Source of the DNA: Podarcis liolepis
Lineage: Eukaryota
DNA length: 64,000 bases
Direction: 5' to 3' (one strand)
Assembly (NCBI GenBank): GCA_965112155.1
Contig: OZ218099.1
The translations under genes and the position numbers were made by a program. Numbering within the stretch: the stretch's first letter is position 1; each line of letters starts with the position of its first letter. The notes beneath the pieces were generated by a model, which was not told the DNA's origin, made no database searches, and saw only the letters and a program-made list of their open reading frames with translations. Positions 36,721-49,482 of the stretch are shown in pieces.

Positions 36721-37003
36721 CTTATACAGTGCTGTCTCTAGACACATTATGCAAATAGCCGTGAGGGAACTAACGTATGTGATGCGTTGTGTGTCTCCCC
36801 CACATACACCCTTCCCCTTTCATTGATGTCAGTGATCTGAAATTTGAATGCACATTAAAATTCCTACAGTTTTTAAGTGACCTCACGATGCTACTTTTTT
36901 TGTTTCTTCCTTTGTTTTGGAAAAAAACATTAAATGGGGGGGGGGAGTTTGTGTCTTATATAAAAGGCTCATGAGCTTCAGGTTAGAGAAGGGTTATGAG
37001 TCA
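36721..37003 (-). promoter_or_regulatory. TRH: TRH proximal promoter: TATA 36721-36726, octamer ATGCAAAT 36749-36756, CRE-like TGACATCA 36824-36831, TGACCTCA 36878-36885, AP-1 TGAGTCA 36997-37003
   Basis: Motifs read directly from the sequence. Their function is inferred from position and from known cAMP and thyroid-hormone control of TRH. Confidence 0.7.
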
Positions 37004-37064
37004 CGTCTAAAGGGCTCAATTCAACAATGCAAACAAGTGTAAAATGATGCGTGTCATGGCAAAA

Positions 37065-37280
37065 GACCTTTGTTGGCATCCATCTGTCTTGGGAGACCAT
37101 GGAAGAGTGCACCTTCGGACCGAAGTTCAACGGTTGGAAACTTACAGTGCCTGCTGTGGCTGTAGAGACCGATACAGGAGAGACATGTTTTATTGCAGCT
37201 GAGGCAGATGAAGGTGTCTGGTTTTGCTGCTACAGGTGCACCATAGGGTTCCTCTCTCTGCACTCCTCCCAGTGGCCATT
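37065..37280 (-). mobile_element. RTE-clade LINE 3' end
   Basis: Frame FICLSCNKTCLSCIGLYSHSRHC resembles the C-terminal Zn-finger of RTE ORFs. It is followed by ...AGACAGATGGATGCCAACAA, an RTE-like 3' end. Confidence 0.6.
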
Positions 37281-37364
37281 CCTTCTTTGGACACTGCTGT
37301 GGATTTGGGATTGATATAGTATTTCTCCATGCAGTGCATAGTTCAACTAGGGAACTTGCACCGC

Positions 37365-37655
37365 CAGCAGGCAGTGATGGCCACCAACTTAGACGGCTTT
37401 AAAAGAGGATTGGACAAATTCATTGAGAATAAGGCTATCAATGGCCACTAACAATGATTTCTGTTATGCTCTCTCTCCACAGCTGGAGGCAGTAATGTTT
37501 CCAAGAATCAGTTGCTGGGGGACCACAGGTGGGGAGAGTGTTTTTGTGCCCAGAACCTGCTTGTGGGCTTCCCATAGGCATCTGGTTAGCCACTGTGAGA
37601 ACTGTGAGGACGCAGGACTAGATGGGCCACTGGCCTGATCCAGCAGCCTCTTCTA
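37365..37655 (+). mobile_element. CR1 LINE 3' end
   Basis: GGCTTTAAAAGAGGATTGGACAAATTCAT...GGACTAGATGGGCCACTGGCCTGATCCAGCAG. Confidence 0.65.
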
Positions 37656-38113
37656 ATAGGTGAAAAGCAAAGTAAAAAAAAAAAAATGGCATAGAAACTA
37701 TAGGTTGATAATGTATTGATGTGAGGGCCTCTCATGGGCAGATTTTCAGTTCTGCTTCCTGTGGAAAGTGAAATCATCCACACGCAAGGAGGCAATTTCC
37801 TGCAGTCCATCGACGTGCATTGCACACTCTGTACCAAGAGTTGAGAAAACGCCATCCAATATACATTTTGAATTGAAGTACTGTGATTATATTAACAAGC
37901 CCCACCCTCACCCCAAACCACAGAGTATCTTGAATAAAATCACAGCTTTTCTAGCTGTTGTTTTAACCCATGCAGTTTCTTCATCTGGCCTATGCATCTC
38001 CAGTAAAGCTTTTATTAGAAAATTTTGCTGCATTTTGTTAAATTCTCTTGGACTATATGTGGACAATGAGACAATTAAAAAGTGTCAGTTCATGTTCCAA
38101 TGTGTGAAGAGAA

Positions 38114-38369
38114 GCTCATCTTGCTTTATTGGCCGAGGGAGCTGGCGTACATCTTCCGGGTCATGTGGCCAGCATGACTAAGCCGCTTCTGGCAAACCAG
38201 AGCAGCGAACGGAAGCGCCGTTTACCTTCCCGCCAGAGCAGCACCTATTTATCTACTTGCACTTTGACGTGCTTCCGAACTGCTAGGTTGGCAGGAGCAG
38301 GGACCGAGCAACGGGAGCTTACCCCGTTGCGGGGATTCAAACCGCCGACCTTCTGATCAGCAAGTCCTA
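38114..38369 (-). mobile_element. Sauria SINE (truncated at both ends)
   Basis: Reverse-complement identity to the 19269 and 61412 copies. Confidence 0.88.
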
Positions 38370-40036
38370 ATTGATACAGATTGTGGAGAAGGAGTATGTG
38401 TGCTAGTAGGGCCCCATTATACATACTAGACTGTGGCATCAATGAGTGGGCAAATTGGGCCCCCAAAATTGAAAAATGAATTGGAAGAGATCAATTGATG
38501 TCCATGCGTGTGTGAACTTTCAAGGCCTTCATTGTATACCCAGTGACTGAAAGCAACTGCTGTATTTTCAAGCATGACATAGTCTTACACTGAAGAGACA
38601 TATTGTTTCTAAAGCTGTCATACAAAAAGATGTTTTTGGTCTTTTGAGTGGGATTCAAATCTTCTCTTCTTTTTTTAAACTAAGGAAACTTGAAGGGTGA
38701 TGTAAATAGGAGCACAACAGCTTCACGGCTTTATAAGGATCCTGTCAAGTTTAATCAAAGTCTCTGTCACTATTGTTTACGACATTAGACATCAGGGCCC
38801 GAAATCCTCAGGGTCTGCGTTGCTAGAAAATTGGATTTGGGCATCTGCAACTTAGTTTACTCTAGTGGGCCAGTAATTAGAAAGAGACACACACCACTGA
38901 GACAGAAGAGGGGTTGACACAGAATAATTCAGGTGACAACTGATCTTCTGAATTGGGAGCTGGGGCTGTACTGTAATTTTAAGATTGTCCTGGAAGCACA
39001 CAAGAGAGCTGCTCATCAAACTGCAACAGGTTGATAATGTAGGAGCAGAAAACCCATCTACTATATATTTTGGAAAACAACTTGTTTGTCCATCCATCCG
39101 TTTATCCATTTTCTATAGATTTGGCTCCCTATTGAGATATAATCACCAAACTCGGCAGTTTGGGTGCCAGGTGCCATTTTGAATCAATATGACAGGCTGA
39201 AACTTCACTTTGGCAAGACTTCACTCATTTTTTTGGCATCGGTTTGGCTACCTTTGAGATATCATCACAATGAGGAATCCATGAGGAATCCATGAGGAAT
39301 CCTGAGGTGGGGGCAGCGATCTTGGTAAATGTTTGGGTGCTGAGCACCATTTTGAATCAAGACAGCAGACCAAAATGTGACTTTGTCCAATCTTTGGTGT
39401 GTCAGGTAAAAAGATAGCTATTATGCTATCAATTTTTTTAAAAGCGCTTTTAATGTTTCTTTGAATTCCCGAGCAGTGCCAAGCACTTTCAGCTAGTGCC
39501 TTTTCCAGTGGGAGCCAATCTATTGACTGCAAAAAGTTCTAGGAAGTGCATGCCATTAAAAATTGTTAAGGAGCTGGCAGCCCAAGCAGATACTGGCCAA
39601 GAACAAGGGGTTTCTGGAGAAGAAAAACACAGCATGCTACAGAGAGAAAGCCAGAGCCTTTACTGATATGAACAATTAGTTCCAGTGGTTCTAACAGAAC
39701 TCCACCAATATTGTATCAGCTCAAGAGTTCAGATCTCCACTACACATGTACTGTATGCCTGGAGGAATCAGTGGAATCACAGTGTTAACCTATGTACCTT
39801 CAACCACAACCTCAGGCACCCTGAGGCTTCTGGATTTCTGCTCTCAAGCACTTAGATTGGAGCACTAGCCAGTAGCACTAGTCAGTAGCACTGACTAGCA
39901 CTAGCTTGTCAGTCATAGGGGAGGGATCTGTGATCATCAGAACTAACAAAGCACTGTGCCTTTGCCAGCTCAGTTTGATTTCAAGATACAGGGGCAAAAG
40001 GAAAACAGGTCACATGACATCACTGTAACATTAGTT

Positions 40037-40358
40037 CAGGGGTCAGCAAACTTTTTCAGCAGGGGGCTGGTCCACTGTCCCTCAGACCTTGTGGGGGGCC
40101 AGACAATATTTTGAAAAAAAAATATGAATGAATTCCTATGCCCCACAAATAACCCAAAGATGCATTTTAAATAAAAGCACACCTTCTGCTCATGTAAAAA
40201 CACCAGGCAGGCCCCACAAATAACCCAGAAATGCATTTTAAATAAAAGCACACATTCTACTCATGTAAAAACATGCTGATTCCTGGACCATCCGTGGGCT
40301 GGATTGAGAAGGTGATTGGGCCGGATATGGCCCCCGGGCCTTAGTTTGCCTACCCATG
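40037..40358. mobile_element. hAT (Charlie-like) MITE
   Basis: Termini CAGGGGTCAGCAAAC...GTTTGCCTACCCATG. 8-bp TSD CATTAGTT/CATTAGGT. Internal tandem duplication. Confidence 0.8.
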
Positions 40359-40770
40359 CATTAGGTGATTGACAGGTGGGCAGCCCCACCTACTATCATA
40401 GTTTTAAAATCATACCCTTTTAAATGTGTTGTGGAAGGGAAAATCAGTGGGTGGTCTTTGTTTGTTTTGTTTGTTTATTTTTTTTATTATGTATTTTTTG
40501 TTTTATGTATTGTAGTTTTATGTTTTGAACTGCCTTGAGATCTACGAGTATAGGGTGTGGTAAGGACCCACTCCATTGGCCAAATTTCCTCCTGCACTAG
40601 CACAAAGTCATCACCAGATACAACCTTTTTTAAAAAGGTCACTTTATTCTTCTTTACACCCTAGTTTCTAATGTGATCTTACCATCATTCGTTTGCTTTC
40701 CATTAGAAAGCTGGGTTGTTTTTTCCCCTATTTAAACATCTTCTAGAGCTTTACAGAAAAGGGGGGGGGG

Positions 40771-41246
40771 AGCAGAGACATCACCTTGCCGACAAAGGTC
40801 CCTATAGTTAAAGCCATGGTTTTCCCAGTAGTAATGTATGGAAGTGAGAGCTGGACCATAAAGAAGGCTGATCGCCGAAGAATTGATACTTTTGAATTAT
40901 GGTGCTGGAGGAGACTCTTGAGAGTCCCATGGACTGCAAGAAGATCAAACCTCTCCATTCTTAAGGAAATCAGCCCTGAGTGCTCACTGGAAGGGCAGAT
41001 CCTGAAGCTGAGGCTCCAATACTTTGGCCACCTCATGAGAAGAGAAGACTCCCTGGAAAAGACCCTGATGTTGGGAAAGATGGAGGGCACAAGGAGAAGG
41101 GACGACAGAGGATGAGATGGTTGGATAGTGTTCTCGAAGCTACCAGCATGAGTTTGACTAAACTGCGGGAGGCAGTGAAAGACAGAAGTGGCTGGCGTGC
41201 TCTGGTCCATGGGGTCACGAAGAGTCGGACACGACTAAACAACAAA
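40771..41246 (+). mobile_element. BovB (RTE) LINE, 5'-truncated
   Basis: ORF PTKV.IVKAMVFPVVMYGSESWTIKKA..RRID.FELWCWRRLLRVPWTARRSN...LEKTLMLGK. 3' end GAGTCGGACACGACTAAACAAC. 9-bp TSD AGAGCTTTA (40745-40753 and 41247-41255). Confidence 0.93.
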
Positions 41247-42298
41247 AGAGCTTTATTTTACTAATCTACAACTCACTTTTCTTCCCACTCTGTGACTAAT
41301 TTCTCATAAGCAGTTTTGTACACAAGCTTTTGGAATGATATTGTTTGTAATGGGCTGGGTTCGTGAGGAGTCCCACAGGGCATTGTGCAGAAAGATGTTT
41401 CACTTAAAAGTGATGGGCAACAACTAAGTCTCTAATGCCCAACTTCCTTGGGAGTTATATATAGGCATGGTACGGCTTTACTGCACTGCCACCGTCCTGA
41501 CAGCAGCATCGCTGCCACTTACTGGAACAGTGCAGAGGGGAGGTCAGGTCTGTGCAAGCACGCCAGCAGATATGATCCATTGCTTCCATTGGTGTGCTGC
41601 TGTGCCCCCGCCATCCCAATAAGCAGGAGCAACACCACCGGGGGGGGGGGCAGTTGGCATTATGGCACCAGTCTGGCCACTCCAGGGTTGCAGCAATCAT
41701 GCAAAAGTTAAGAGGGGAAAAATACTTTACGTTTCACATAAACGGAGAGGGTGGAGTACCGAAAAGAAGGGGGAAGTGCGATGATGTATGGATCAGCAGT
41801 ATAGAAGAGTAGCTACATTTTGGCTAATATACAGACAATTTGCATTCATCCTATATACTTATTCTCTTAGTATATCTCCTTCTGTAACCAAAACAGCAAG
41901 AGGGAAGAATCATTGGGCTTGGGGCACCCCCTGATAGAAGTGCAAAAGCAAGAATAATTCCATTTGTAACTTACGGGTCAGTTCTGTTATCAGTAAATCA
42001 AGGGAGTTATGGAGTGGAGGTATTGATTAGCAGCCAGGCAGTGTTGAATTATGTTTGCTGAGGTAATGGGTACCCTGATTGGCTGTGTAGTTCTAAAGGA
42101 GTTCTTCCTCTGTATATGTGGTTGAATGTTTCCCTACTATGTACAAGGCCTCATGTAAGAAAGACAAAAGCCTTCTGTTTGTTTCTGTTATACACTGGGG
42201 AAGGGTTTTCAGTTTTCTCAGTAAAATGTCGTTGGGATTGATTCTCATTCTGGATTCCATCTCTGTTAGTTAAGTTTTTTTTTTTACTTACAGCCCTA

Positions 42299-42597
42299 GG
42301 GACGCGAGTGGCGCTGTAGTCTAAACCACTGAGCCTCTTGGGCTTGCTGATCAGAAGGTCAGTGGTTTGAATCCCCACAACAGGGTGAGCTCCTGTTGCT
42401 GGCGTCTCCGTGCGCTCTGGTTTCCGTCACGGTGTTCTGTTGCACCAGAAGCCATTTAGTTATGCTGGCCACATGATCCCGAAAGCTGTCTCTGGACAAA
42501 CGCCAGCTCCCTCGGCCTGAAAGTGAGATGAGCGCTGTACCTCATAGTCGCCTTTGACTGGACCTAAGCATCCAGGGGTCCTTTACCTTTTACCTTT
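42299..42597 (+). mobile_element. Sauria SINE with internal deletion
   Basis: GGGACGCGAGTGGCGCTGTAG head and (ACCTTT)n tail. Confidence 0.88.
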
Positions 42598-43487
42598 ACT
42601 TACTAACAGCTCCCATGTTTGCAGATGTACAAAAAAAATATTTACGGGAAGAATCCTAAACACAGGTGATCAGCTATGTTGCATTCGCAACTTAAAGGAA
42701 GGACTGGACCCTGATTAATAACAAGACACGAGGCTTTGACCAGCAAGGCTCTCGGAGAAAAGTGCGTAAACCACACCCCTCGCCAGGCCATTTTATTAGC
42801 AAAAGAATCTTTTACACAGTGCTCATAAGAACCAATCATATTTCCTCTGAGCATTTCATCAAACCCCACATGGGGAAAAAGTTACACTACAACACTAATT
42901 AGCATGCATATATTCTGGGGTAAATAACTTGAGAACTACAAAGGGGTGCATCTGGCAACCGCAGAGGGAATAAACAATCAGTACACATGATAAGGAGGAT
43001 GGCCAGGAGGACCAGATCACTACCACCTTCATGTGAGATCTGTTTCCTGGCTCCAAGATTAACATCTTAAGATTATATATAAGAAACTACATCAAAGAAC
43101 TTGCCCACTATCTTTATGGCCCAGGTGATGCCTGCCTGGTGAAGCAACTGCTGTGTACTGCTGTGTACGTGATGTGAGGAGAGAGAAATGGGCAGTAGTG
43201 TCAAAAGGGCCAGAGATGCAGAGGTGTAGATTGATCAAAAATCATATCAAAATAGCTTAAACCCAGTCAGCGCAATGCTTTCATTGCTGACACAGTTGGC
43301 TTACTCTATATTTGTTATAATTCCTCATAGCAATCCCACCTGATCACTACATCTCTGTATATTTGCACTCCTACACACAGGGGCAACAATGACCCAAAAT
43401 AGCTCAATGTGTCAACGTGTGAAATCTACTTCTTCTATTGTTTTAAATAGTGAGGGGGCATATCTTGGTGGTGGGATACATGTATTG

Positions 43488-43854
43488 CAGGGGTTACCGG
43501 GCATGGGCTGGATCACTCCCACAGAGATCCTCTGTGGGCTGGGCCAGCGCAGTGCGTCTGCGCATAACTGCGGCGCCGGAAATTGCTTTTACACATGCCC
43601 AGATGCTGAAAATCACACATGCGCAGAAGCGATTTTCGGTTCCACAGAAATGCGCAGACGCGATTTCTGGCATCTGGGCAAGCGCAGAAGCAATTTCTGG
43701 AGCCGCAGAAGAGAGTCCCTGCGCCGCGCTGTGCCAGTTTAGCGCAACACGGGGACTCGCCAAGCAGGCAGCTTGGTTCAGGGATGGCTCATGGGCCAGT
43801 TAAGCGACCCTCGTGGGCCACTTCCAGCCCATGGGCCTTAGGTTGCCAGCCTTG
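43488..43854. mobile_element. hAT MITE with internal palindromic GC-rich repeats
   Basis: Perfect 8-bp TSD ATGTATTG (43480-43487 and 43855-43862) and CAGGG...CCTTG termini. Confidence 0.8.
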
Positions 43855-44939
43855 ATGTATTGGCTGCAGAGGATGCTAGGGTCAATTCAAAAGAGGAAGG
43901 TTGGGAAAGACTCCAGGCTGAGACTCTGGAAAGGTACCATCACTCAGCTAGATAGAAACAAAGTTTTAGTCCCTACAAATCAAATTCATATTCATGTATC
44001 TGTGTGACCATGTGTCACCTGTCTTGAAAGAGCTGCACTGTGAGCTGTCAGGCCCAACTGAAGGTGTTAGTAAAAGTCAAAGTGAAGTCTTGTTGGGGAT
44101 GGCTTCACCTGGCTGCTGCCCAGTTGATGTTGACCTGTGACAGGGCCATTTTGGTGGTGGTTCCCTGTTTGTGGAACGTCCTACCTGATGAGCTGTGTCT
44201 GTCCTCACCGTTTTTGACTTTCAGGAGGAACATTAAAACATTTCTGTTTAATGAGGCATTTGATGGCTGAAAAACACTGTTCCCAAGAAAATGTGATTGT
44301 TTTAAAAACATTTTAAACTGCTAAAAACATTTTAATTTTTGTTGTTTTAATTATGTGTTTGCCACCCTCAGCTCCTTTTGGGATAAAGGGCTAGATATAA
44401 ACTGAGTGAAAAATAGTATGCCCACATTAAAATGTTCACATGTTTGATTTCTTTATTGGTACTTCATCAATTCATGGGAATGAGCTTGATTCTCTCCTTC
44501 ACATAAATTTTATGTAAATCCGTGGGATTACTACAAGTTTGAAGCATCAGGATTCTTCACACTGCCAGGAGGATGTGAAAAGGTTTGTAATTTACATTCT
44601 TCCTACTAATTTTCTCCTTGCATGGGGCTAATCAGGGGGACAATGTGGAAGGCTGTATTTATTCATAGTGGGTGGACAGCTCTCTCATGTACATGGAAAT
44701 AAAATAGCTCCGCGGTAAACAGACTTATACCAGATGTAAAGTAGTCTCCTGTAGAAGCAGTTTCCCCTAGAACACCACATTGCTCAACTGACTGATTCCC
44801 CAGTCCTCAGCGCCTACTGAAACCCTACTACCTTACTCCCATAGAGCAATAAATACTGCTGGTCCTCTTCCTCAGCAATGATCTCCTCAGAAGATAAGTC
44901 GGGAGAATTAATTGATCTCCCTCAAGATTGGGCTATCTA

Positions 44940-44954
44940 CATATCTATCATCTA

Positions 44955-44998
<44 letters not shown>

Positions 44999-45002
44999 AT
45001 CT
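44940..45002. repeat. (ATCT)n microsatellite
   Basis: Read directly. Confidence 0.9.
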
Positions 45003-46822
45003 AGTATACCACAGGGTGGTTCACAACATAAAAATATAAAATGAGAACGCAAAATACATAATAAAACAAAAACAGACCAATAACCCCCCTTCAGATCCAA
45101 ATTTTAACAATCAGAGGGAGGACCCAAGAACCTTTGATGGCCTGTACTTGATGACCTCATTTTTCAGTCCCTGGGGAAGATAGCTGGGCTTGGAATCTGG
45201 GTTGTTGCTTTTTAGTTATTGTACAAGATGAGAGCATGATATAGTTCAGGATCAGGAGGCAACTTATTGGGGACAGGCCTGGCCCCAGAGGTTGCCCTTG
45301 TCAGGAACACTGGCTGAAGTCCCCAGGAGCTTGGAAGGGCTCCTCACTGGCTCCACCCAGCTGTGCCTGCATTTGGCACCCTCCCTGCTGAACACCAGGG
45401 TGCCTTTCCGCAGCGGGTAGTGATGCTGCCTTTGAATGATAGCCAAGCTCAAGTCACATCCCCAGTTCCCACCAGCCATTTTAAGTCACCCAAATATGCA
45501 ACATTGCAGGCCATAGTTGTATGAAATAATTCCACAGATGCGCCTTTTGGTATGTCCCAGAATCCTAGGACTTTCCTTTTTGTTTTCTGATTCTGATGTT
45601 TTGAACTGAATTTTAATTTCACTCTGAATATCACATGGTATGCAAAAATAAATCCAACACCCTCAACCCACCTAATTCCGAGTTGCTGCTCTTCTCTCCT
45701 TGCAGTTCACAGGAACAGCGCAGTTCAGCAAATAATCCAATTCAGTAGCTTTGCAAACATAGAAGTGCAAATCCTTTAATGTCTTGAGTTTCTTGAAAAT
45801 AATAGGAAACCCTCTGAGAAAACGTAATCTACAAAGGCAGTAGATATCCTTTCTCTGATAATGAATAGGAGGACTGTTACTGAATGAGATGAGGGCATTA
45901 ACTTTATGAGCAAGGAAGCTCTTAATAGAATTAAGGAGCGAATTCTTCACAGAGCACAACAAAATCGGCTGAGCTGTTTACATCCATACAAAGTACAGAC
46001 CAGGCTGTTATATTCAAGTGTGTGTGTGTGTGTGTGTGTGTGAACATCTGTACAATCTGTCAGTAAAACTTCCTTTATTCACTGGCACGTCATTTAAGAA
46101 AACTAAACTGATTCATGAGCTAATGAGGAAGAATAACCAAGATACTACGACATTAATCCTCCATATCGCTTCCCTGACAGACTTCTCTGTAGGTAAACGG
46201 CAAATTACGAAGTCGGCACTTGGCATGCTTAATTGTTTGCTTAAAAGTCAGCCTAACTCACCACTTGCTTCAGAATTAAATATCTTGGCAGAGCTCACTG
46301 AAAGGTTTCTGTATCCCATTGTTAATGCCGCATTTATACACAGTCGTTCGCATGAGTTTTCAAGCTTGTTGTGCCAGAGAGGCACCCTAAGAAAAAGCAG
46401 GGTGGCTTCATTAAGTTGCATTTTGAGGTCAGAGTGTCCAGTAAAGTAGATTCAGTCTGCTAGGATCGGAAAAAAGATGATGCAGTAGTATAGTTGATAG
46501 CGTTACGAGGTGCAATACTACATTACAGGCTTGCTTATACTTGGCTTCTTTTCATATTGTTCATGAACAATGATCTGCAGAATAGAAGGTCACCTGAATA
46601 TCATCCCCTCAATCTGTAATACAGCAAATTCCGGGATAATATCTGGTATATTCAGGGTATTACCTTTGCATTGTTTATATTGCTTAGGGGTATGGAAACA
46701 GCATGCACGGACACTTCTTTGTTTGTATGCTGCATTACTGAAATAAATGTACATTATTATTTGATTGGGGGGAAAATTTAATATATATTTTTATGCTTTA
46801 AAAAGGATTAGAAGGACAGTAT

Positions 46823-47450
46823 TGTCATGAGTCCCACGGCGTCGGCTGAGATAGAGCAGGGGTGGCAAGATCTGTCGGAGGAGAAGCTGAAGTTGGAAGT
46901 GGGGAGAGCTCAGGCAGTGACTTGGGAGAGGGGTTTGCCCCATTGTTGTCAGATGTCGCAGAAGGGGAAGGGGAACTGTCTAACCCCCTGAGAGTGGAGT
47001 TCCTGTGGTAGCTGAGGAGATGGATGACGAACCAGCAGGTCTGGCCAAATTGGAGGTGGAGGGAGTCAGAGAGTTGGACTCAGGTGTGGTCACCAAGGAG
47101 GTGTTGCCACCTGCTCCATCACAGATATACCTGGCTTGCCTCCCTTTCCCACAGGAGCGCATGCTTGCAAGCATAGTCTTCTAGCTTGGGAGGTGAACTG
47201 CATGCACAAACAAATGACTGGTCCTTCCCTGCTCTTTAAAAGCAGAACAAAAGGAACTTGTGAAGTGTTGGGACAACCTCTCTGCTAATGTCTAGTCATG
47301 TATCTTAGAAATCTGCCTGTAGGCCATAGAATAGTGTGTTCCTGTACCTTGAGCTGATGCTGAGACCATGTGTTGATTTCTTTAATAAAACTTTTGGGTT
47401 TCTTTGAGCCAAGAATCTGAGTACTGTGTCTGAGGATGGGAGCTAGAACA
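46823..47450 (+). mobile_element. Putative solo LTR
   Basis: Begins TGTCA and ends ...AACA, with a purine-rich U3-like block, a TTTAAAA TATA-like motif (~47235) and AATAAA (~47384). No clear TSD. Confidence 0.4.
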
Positions 47451-47504
47451 AACATTTTAAAAACCAAGGTCTGGTTCACATGGAACATTCAGCAATCCTT
47501 TGCT

Positions 47505-47839
47505 CACCAGCAGAGGAAGCCGCTTGGGCAGTGGCAGAGGAAGCGCATCCAAGGGTGGGGTGTACTGCCCATGGGGGTGGGGTGCACTGTGGGGGCCTCC
47601 GGAATCTGCCTGCCTCCTCCCACTCAGTCACTCTACAGCTGGGGGGGAGGCAGCAGGCAGACCATTTGGGCAGCGGGGAGCCTGCGCGCACCCAAGCCAC
47701 CGAGTTTCTCCTGTGAGAGACGCATGGCTAGGATGCGCTGCAGGCCCCGCGGTGAGTGCCGCCCGGCATTTTGTCACCCCCCTCAGAGGTGACACCCGGG
47801 GCAACCCTCACCTACCACACACCCCTTCCTCCACCTCTG
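47505..47839. mobile_element. GC-rich hAT element (22533 family, opposite orientation)
   Basis: 8-bp TSD CCTTTGCT (47497-47504 and 47840-47847). Shares GCAGGCCCCGCGGTGAGTGCCGCCCG with the reverse complement of the 22533 copy. Confidence 0.75.
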
Positions 47840-48608
47840 CCTTTGCTTAGCCAGAGGCTGGTTTGTTTGAACATCTGAGCCCATCTCAGCAGATTAAAAC
47901 AGGTAACCATGACTTACGGAGAAGATATATACGTGTGAAGTAACTAGAGACAAATGTTTCAAGGAAGACTTTATGCAGCTCACTGCATACTTAACTTTAA
48001 TTGTCCCTATCAGCTAGGATGCTCCACTTTGCCCAAAGGACAAAACTGTCCACTTATTCACAGTAGGAGTAAAAGATGCAACTATTCCAGGAGTCAGGCT
48101 AATCTTGCAGCCTTTTTTATGAGCAGTAATTACAATGATTCCACTTCTAAAGTATCCCAAACACCCCTAGAGGGCTAGAACTGGAAAGCCTTGCTTACAA
48201 TTAGAGACTTCATTAAACCAACAGATATATTTGGGGAGTAAACTATAGTGCTGATACGCTAAATGGAACAGGAGGCGGCTCATGGAGACAGACTAGAAGC
48301 AAAGAAGAACAGGGTATTGTTTTCAGGTGAGATGATTTACCTGTGCACTGCCCTTTACAACCTAGCCTCCACACTCTCTTCTGTAAAACCTGCTGCAACC
48401 CTGCTATATTAAAAGTATCTCTAAGCGGTGTACAAAAAAAAACTGAAGCAACAGCAGACAGCTTAAATGAAATAATACAAAAAATACACAGTTGCATATT
48501 AAAATGTTACATTAATACAAAGTTATGCTAGAGAGAGAGAGAGACAGAGAGAAGGAAGGTTTGTCAGAAGGAAATGAAAGGAGATATAGATGTATATCTA
48601 TATATCTA

Positions 48609-49107
48609 CCATATTTTTCCGTGTATAAGACGCCCCAATGTATAAGTCGACCCCTATTTTTTTAACTCCAAATTAAGAAATTACGGTAAGTTATTTAGCT
48701 TTTTTGAGGGAGGGGAGGTCACTTCCGCCAATCGCTCACCCGCCTGCCCGCTACTACCGATCGCTTGCCACAGCCACTGCTGATCGCACAACTCGCCGCA
48801 GCCGCCAATTGTCTGCCTGCTCGCTGCCACCAACAGCCCACCCACACACTTGCCGCAGCTGCCAATCACCTGCTCGCCTCGCCACAGCCGCCAATCGCCT
48901 GCCCAATTGCTGCAGCCACAGCCAATCGCTAGCAGGCCTCGATACAGCCACCAATCACTTGCCCAATCACCGCTGCTAATCTCCTGCTTGCTGCTGCCAT
49001 TCATCACACATTCCCCCCCCCCATATTCACTACCTGTGTATAAGATGACACCCAATTTTTGCCTAATTTTTTTTAGCAAAAAGCATCTTATACGCGGAAA
49101 AATACGG
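48609..49107. mobile_element. Non-autonomous Tc1/mariner-type element
   Basis: TIRs CCATATTTTTCCGTGTATAAGA...TCTTATACGCGGAAAAATACGG with TA TSD. Internal GCCGCCAATCGC-type repeats. Confidence 0.8.
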
Positions 49108-49482
49108 TATATATCTATCTCTCCTTCCATTTTCCTTCTGACATACCTTTCGTCTCAGCCTTCAGCTCATCTCACCCACAAATGTCTCAGAGTGAGAAAA
49201 ATTCCTGGAAACAATAAACATCACCCTGGTCTCTCACTCTATGCTTGATGCTGTTTCCTCAGGCTGCCCACAGCTGTGTCCTATTCAGAGGCACTCTCCA
49301 CACCCAATTCCAGGTGCAGCGGGTTTGCTGAGCTTCTCAGAGGATGGGGAAAGGGTCCCCCTCCACCCACAGCTCTTTTTTCATTCTCCTCCTCCAGTTG
49401 CCCTGTTGAGCTTACACTGACAAGGACAGAAGCTTTTTACCTCCTCACTTTTCCTTGCTGTTTTCATTTTCTTTTTTAAATA

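Noticed and set aside
39270-39305. (TGAGGAATCCA)x3, and the AGCACTAG repeats at about 39861-39905, as a CRISPR-like or functional array
   Set aside because: These are short head-to-tail slippage repeats without unique spacers, in a vertebrate context.
40743-41264. ORFs of 70-155 aa as host genes
   Set aside because: These are sense and antisense frames of the BovB fragment.
48681-49248. 149-aa and 132-aa ORFs
   Set aside because: They fall within a non-autonomous DNA transposon with GC-rich internal repeats.
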